Origin: Limisphaerales bacterium
Lineage (GTDB): Bacteria; Verrucomicrobiota; Verrucomicrobiia; Limisphaerales; JAJOIW01
Assembly (NCBI GenBank): GCA_965657355.1
Contig: CBFHOE010000002.1
Coordinates: 192,001 to 256,000, forward strand
Direction: 5' to 3'
Length of the DNA stretch: 64,000 bases
Shown: positions 62,038 to 64,000 of the stretch, one piece after another
Numbering within the stretch: position 1 is the stretch's first letter
Layout: every line of letters begins with the position of its first letter
Notes under the pieces: generated by a model
Told to the model about the DNA's origin: nothing
Databases searched by the model: none
Seen by the model: only the letters and a program-made list of their open reading frames with translations
Position numbers and translations under genes: made by a program

Positions 62038-63999
62038 TCAATCTCTTCTTTTTCTTCGAGGACGCCTGTTACCGGGACCTCTGTCGCCATTTCCACCGCG
62101 ATCCTTGTCAGAAGGTTTTCCCCGTCCTCCTCGGTCTCCCCTGTCCTTTCTTTTGGATTCATCCTCAAGGGATGAAGAATCAAAATTTTCTTCATCTTCG
62201 GGCTCTGACTCCATTTGGTAATCTTCGTCGCGATCTGCCATAGCCGCTCTTCTTGAAAGTTTGACCCTCCCTTTGTCATCGATTCCGATACACTTGACGA
62301 CGATCTCGTCGCCTTCCTCAACAATATCAGATGGACGCTTCACTCTGAAATTGGCAAGTTCACTCACGTGAACGAGTCCTTCTTGACCAGGCAAAACCTC
62401 AACAAAACAGCCAAATTCTTTAATGGAGACAACTCTACCTTTGTATATTTGCCCCTCTTCTATTTCTGCAGTGATACCCTGAATCTCTTGCTTGGCAATC
62501 TCCATGCCATCGGCGTCTATAGAGTATATAAATACTGAGCCATCATCATCTATGTTGATTTCACAACCTGAGCGATCGACCAAAGCTTTGATGTTCTTTC
62601 CGCCAGGGCCAATGATAGCACCAATTTTCTCCGGGTTAACTTTAAGAACTTCAATTCTAGGGGCGTATTTGGAAAGTTCCTCTCTGGGCTCAGCAAGCGT
62701 TTGGGACATGACGTCGATGATTTTCAGTCTAGCATCTCTAGCCTGCCCTACAGCCTCAGTCATGATATTTAAAGGGAGACCTTTAAGCTTGAGATCGAGC
62801 TGAAATCCAGTAATGCCCTGAGTTGTACCGGCGATTTTACAATCCATATCACAGAAGGCATCTTCCCAACCGAGAATGTCTGTCAAAAGCTGGTGGGATG
62901 TGATTTTGTCGTCATCATCAGTCGCAGTACAAATACCGATACTTATACCTGCCACTGCTTTTTCAACGGGAACCCCCGCGTCCATGAGCGCTAAACTAGC
63001 GGCACATACAGTCCCCATCGAACTGGAACCATTTGATTCGAGAATGTCACTTACGACCCGAACGGAATATGGAAAATCTTCAACAGGAACAATGGGTAAG
63101 ACAGATCGTTCAGCTAGAGCACCGTGGCCGATTTCTCGACGACCTGGTCCCATAATTCTTCCAGTTTCTCCTACCGAGAAATTTGGAAAATTATAATGTA
63201 ACAAAAAGCTTTTCTCAGTGGTGCCACCGGTGTAGGAGTCAAATTGTTGGCTGTCCTCATTTGTTCCCAAAGTAGTTGTGGCCAGGGCTTGAGTTTCTCC
63301 CCTGGTGAAGACCGCTGAACCATGAGTTCTTGGAAGCAATCCAACGTCACATGAAATAGGCCTCAAATCACCAAAAGAACGCCCATCCAGGCGCTTGCCT
63401 TCGGTAAGAATCAGTTTTCTTACTTCTTCCTTCTGAAGTTTGTAGAAGATTTCTCCTACAGTCTTGTCGGAAATATTTTCTTCACCAAATTTTTCGGCCA
63501 GAGCTGCACCCATTTGGTCCTTGAGTTCATTGCATGCGACTTCGCGAGGTAGCTTCTCTTGAATCAGAAGAGCGTCGATAATCTTTTCGCTGATTAGATT
63601 TCCTGCTTCATCAATATATTCCTGGGGAATTTGAGAAACTTCGACTTTTCTTTTGGAGACGTTGATCTCGGCGGCTAATTCTTCTTGAGCGGTAATCGTC
63701 GGCTGGCAAGCTTCCTGAGCAAAAGCGAGGGCAGCATTAAAGTCTTCCTCGCTGATTTCTTTGGCCGAGCCTTCGAACATAACGACATCGTTTTTGTTAC
63801 CAACATAAATGAGATCTAAATCACTCTCTTCCATTTGCGAGTGCGTTGGAAAACTGACAAACTCGCCATTAATTCTGCCAACTCTAACAGCTCCTAGTGG
63901 CCCGCTCCATGGCAAATCACTTATGGACAATGCAACAGAAGCGCCAAGTATACTCAAAATATCCGGATCATTTTCTCCGTCGGCACTCAGGACAGAACT
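62038..63999 (-). CDS. pnp: Polyribonucleotide nucleotidyltransferase (5' end outside window)
   Basis: HGSAVFTRGETQ, RREIGHGALAER, ESNGSSSM, KH domain (IGPGGKNIK) and S1 domain; frame is open to the window edge. Confidence 0.97.
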   Translation of the reverse strand, partial: SSVLSADGENDPDILSILGASVALSISDLPWSGPLGAVRVGRINGEFVSFPTHSQMEESDLDLIYVGNKNDVVMFEGSAKEISEEDFNAALAFAQEACQPTITAQEELAAEINVSKRKVEVSQIPQEYIDEAGNLISEKIIDALLIQEKLPREVACNELKDQMGAALAEKFGEENISDKTVGEIFYKLQKEEVRKLILTEGKRLDGRSFGDLRPISCDVGLLPRTHGSAVFTRGETQALATTTLGTNEDSQQFDSYTGGTTEKSFLLHYNFPNFSVGETGRIMGPGRREIGHGALAERSVLPIVPVEDFPYSVRVVSDILESNGSSSMGTVCAASLALMDAGVPVEKAVAGISIGICTATDDDDKITSHQLLTDILGWEDAFCDMDCKIAGTTQGITGFQLDLKLKGLPLNIMTEAVGQARDARLKIIDVMSQTLAEPREELSKYAPRIEVLKVNPEKIGAIIGPGGKNIKALVDRSGCEINIDDDGSVFIYSIDADGMEIAKQEIQGITAEIEEGQIYKGRVVSIKEFGCFVEVLPGQEGLVHVSELANFRVKRPSDIVEEGDEIVVKCIGIDDKGRVKLSRRAAMADRDEDYQMESEPEDEENFDSSSLEDESKRKDRGDRGGRGKPSDKDRGGNGDRGPGNRRPRRKRRD

Positions 64000-64000
64000 T

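Overview
Bacterial chromosome segment, probably from a marine Verrucomicrobiota/PVC organism. That assignment is inferred from the gene families present: a PVC-type heme protein, many sulfatases and giant LamG and subtilase proteins. Core genes lie at both ends (apbE-like, rbsK, carA, pyrC on the left; pnp on the right). Two tRNA genes each mark the start of an accessory region. After tRNA-Gly (6893-6966) come a pectate lyase, an esterase, a sulfite dehydrogenase/cytochrome c pair, AT-rich ORFans and gene remnants. After tRNA-Phe (18690-18765) come an att-like repeat zone, an ISL3 remnant, a complete and GC-richer type I-C cas operon (cas3-5-8c-7-4-1-2) and several pseudogenes. The cas operon has a leader but only one CRISPR repeat, a Cys/His insert in the Cas3 HD domain and a structured 269-bp cas3-cas5 intergenic region. 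The right half is a glycan/sulfate-ester catabolic region: four sulfatases, a SASA esterase, iolG, a lactonase-mutarotase fusion and a GH63-like enzyme. Three unrelated secreted proteins end in a shared LE-x-S-x-[DS]-L-x(2,3)-W...FFRV tail, a candidate protein-sorting signal. All calls come from reading motifs by eye; no database searches were run.
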